Shown here: piece by piece, positions 31,950-32,000 of the stretch
How the letters are laid out: the number at the start of each line of letters is the position of its first letter
Numbering within the stretch: the first letter of the stretch is position 1
DNA from: Thermodesulfobacteriota bacterium
GTDB lineage: Bacteria > Desulfobacterota > WTBG01 > JAGOGO01
Assembly: GCA_026625185.1 (NCBI GenBank)
Contig: CP113000.1
Location: 2,742,651 to 2,774,650 of the forward strand
Length of the DNA: 32,000 nucleotides
Direction of reading: 5' to 3'
Notes under the pieces: model-generated
Databases searched by the model: none
The model's input: only the letters and a program-made list of their open reading frames with translations
Told to the model about the DNA's origin: nothing
Program-made: the position numbers and the translations under genes

Positions 31950-32000
31950 ATGTCGGTTGATATACATCAGGAAAAGCTGCTTATTCTCGACTTTGGCTCC
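31950..32000 (+). CDS. guaA: GMP synthase (glutamine-hydrolysing), first 17 codons
   Basis: MSVDIHQEKLLILDFGS matches the conserved GuaA N-terminus (ILILDFGSQY...). It is open to the window end. Confidence 0.7.
   Translation, partial: MSVDIHQEKLLILDFGS

Overview
This is a 32-kb bacterial chromosomal window with Gram-negative-type gene content. It is almost fully protein-coding, and I found no rRNA, tRNA or CRISPR array. The backbone is housekeeping: an ECF sigma/anti-sigma pair, a COG2945-type hydrolase, a transglutaminase-like protein, rluB-scpB, two aldo/keto reductases, PBP1A with a translationally coupled TPR lipoprotein, a stand-alone trpB2, scpA-trpS-M50 protease, a 3'-5' exonuclease, pdxH, a DHH-CBS-poly(A)-polymerase fusion, xerD, panE, a B12-type radical SAM enzyme, a PAS histidine kinase, a PlsC-type acyltransferase and the start of guaA. 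The stand-out region is 17296-19277. It holds three same-strand single-ORF units: a BglII/BamHI-fold nuclease with no methyltransferase, an alpha/beta hydrolase and a 4-OT tautomerase. Each ORF is followed by a long imperfect palindrome bounded by RYYYAAC...GTTRRRY-type boxes. The first 6 nt of every unit are the exact complement of that unit's own downstream box. That is the structural signature of integron gene cassettes, yet no integron integrase lies in the window (CALIN-like array). The side where attI/intI would sit is 590 nt of non-coding DNA full of inverted repeats. Other observations are several families of short hairpin-forming dispersed repeats (one pair shows compensatory changes), a consensus sigma-70 promoter with a roughly 265-nt structured leader ahead of trpB2, an Lpo-like lipoprotein coupled to PBP1A, scpA and scpB split by 8.3 kb, and orphan restriction-modification-associated genes (YgjP-like, ORF6N). 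All calls rest on reading the sequence and on remembered family motifs; no database search was run.
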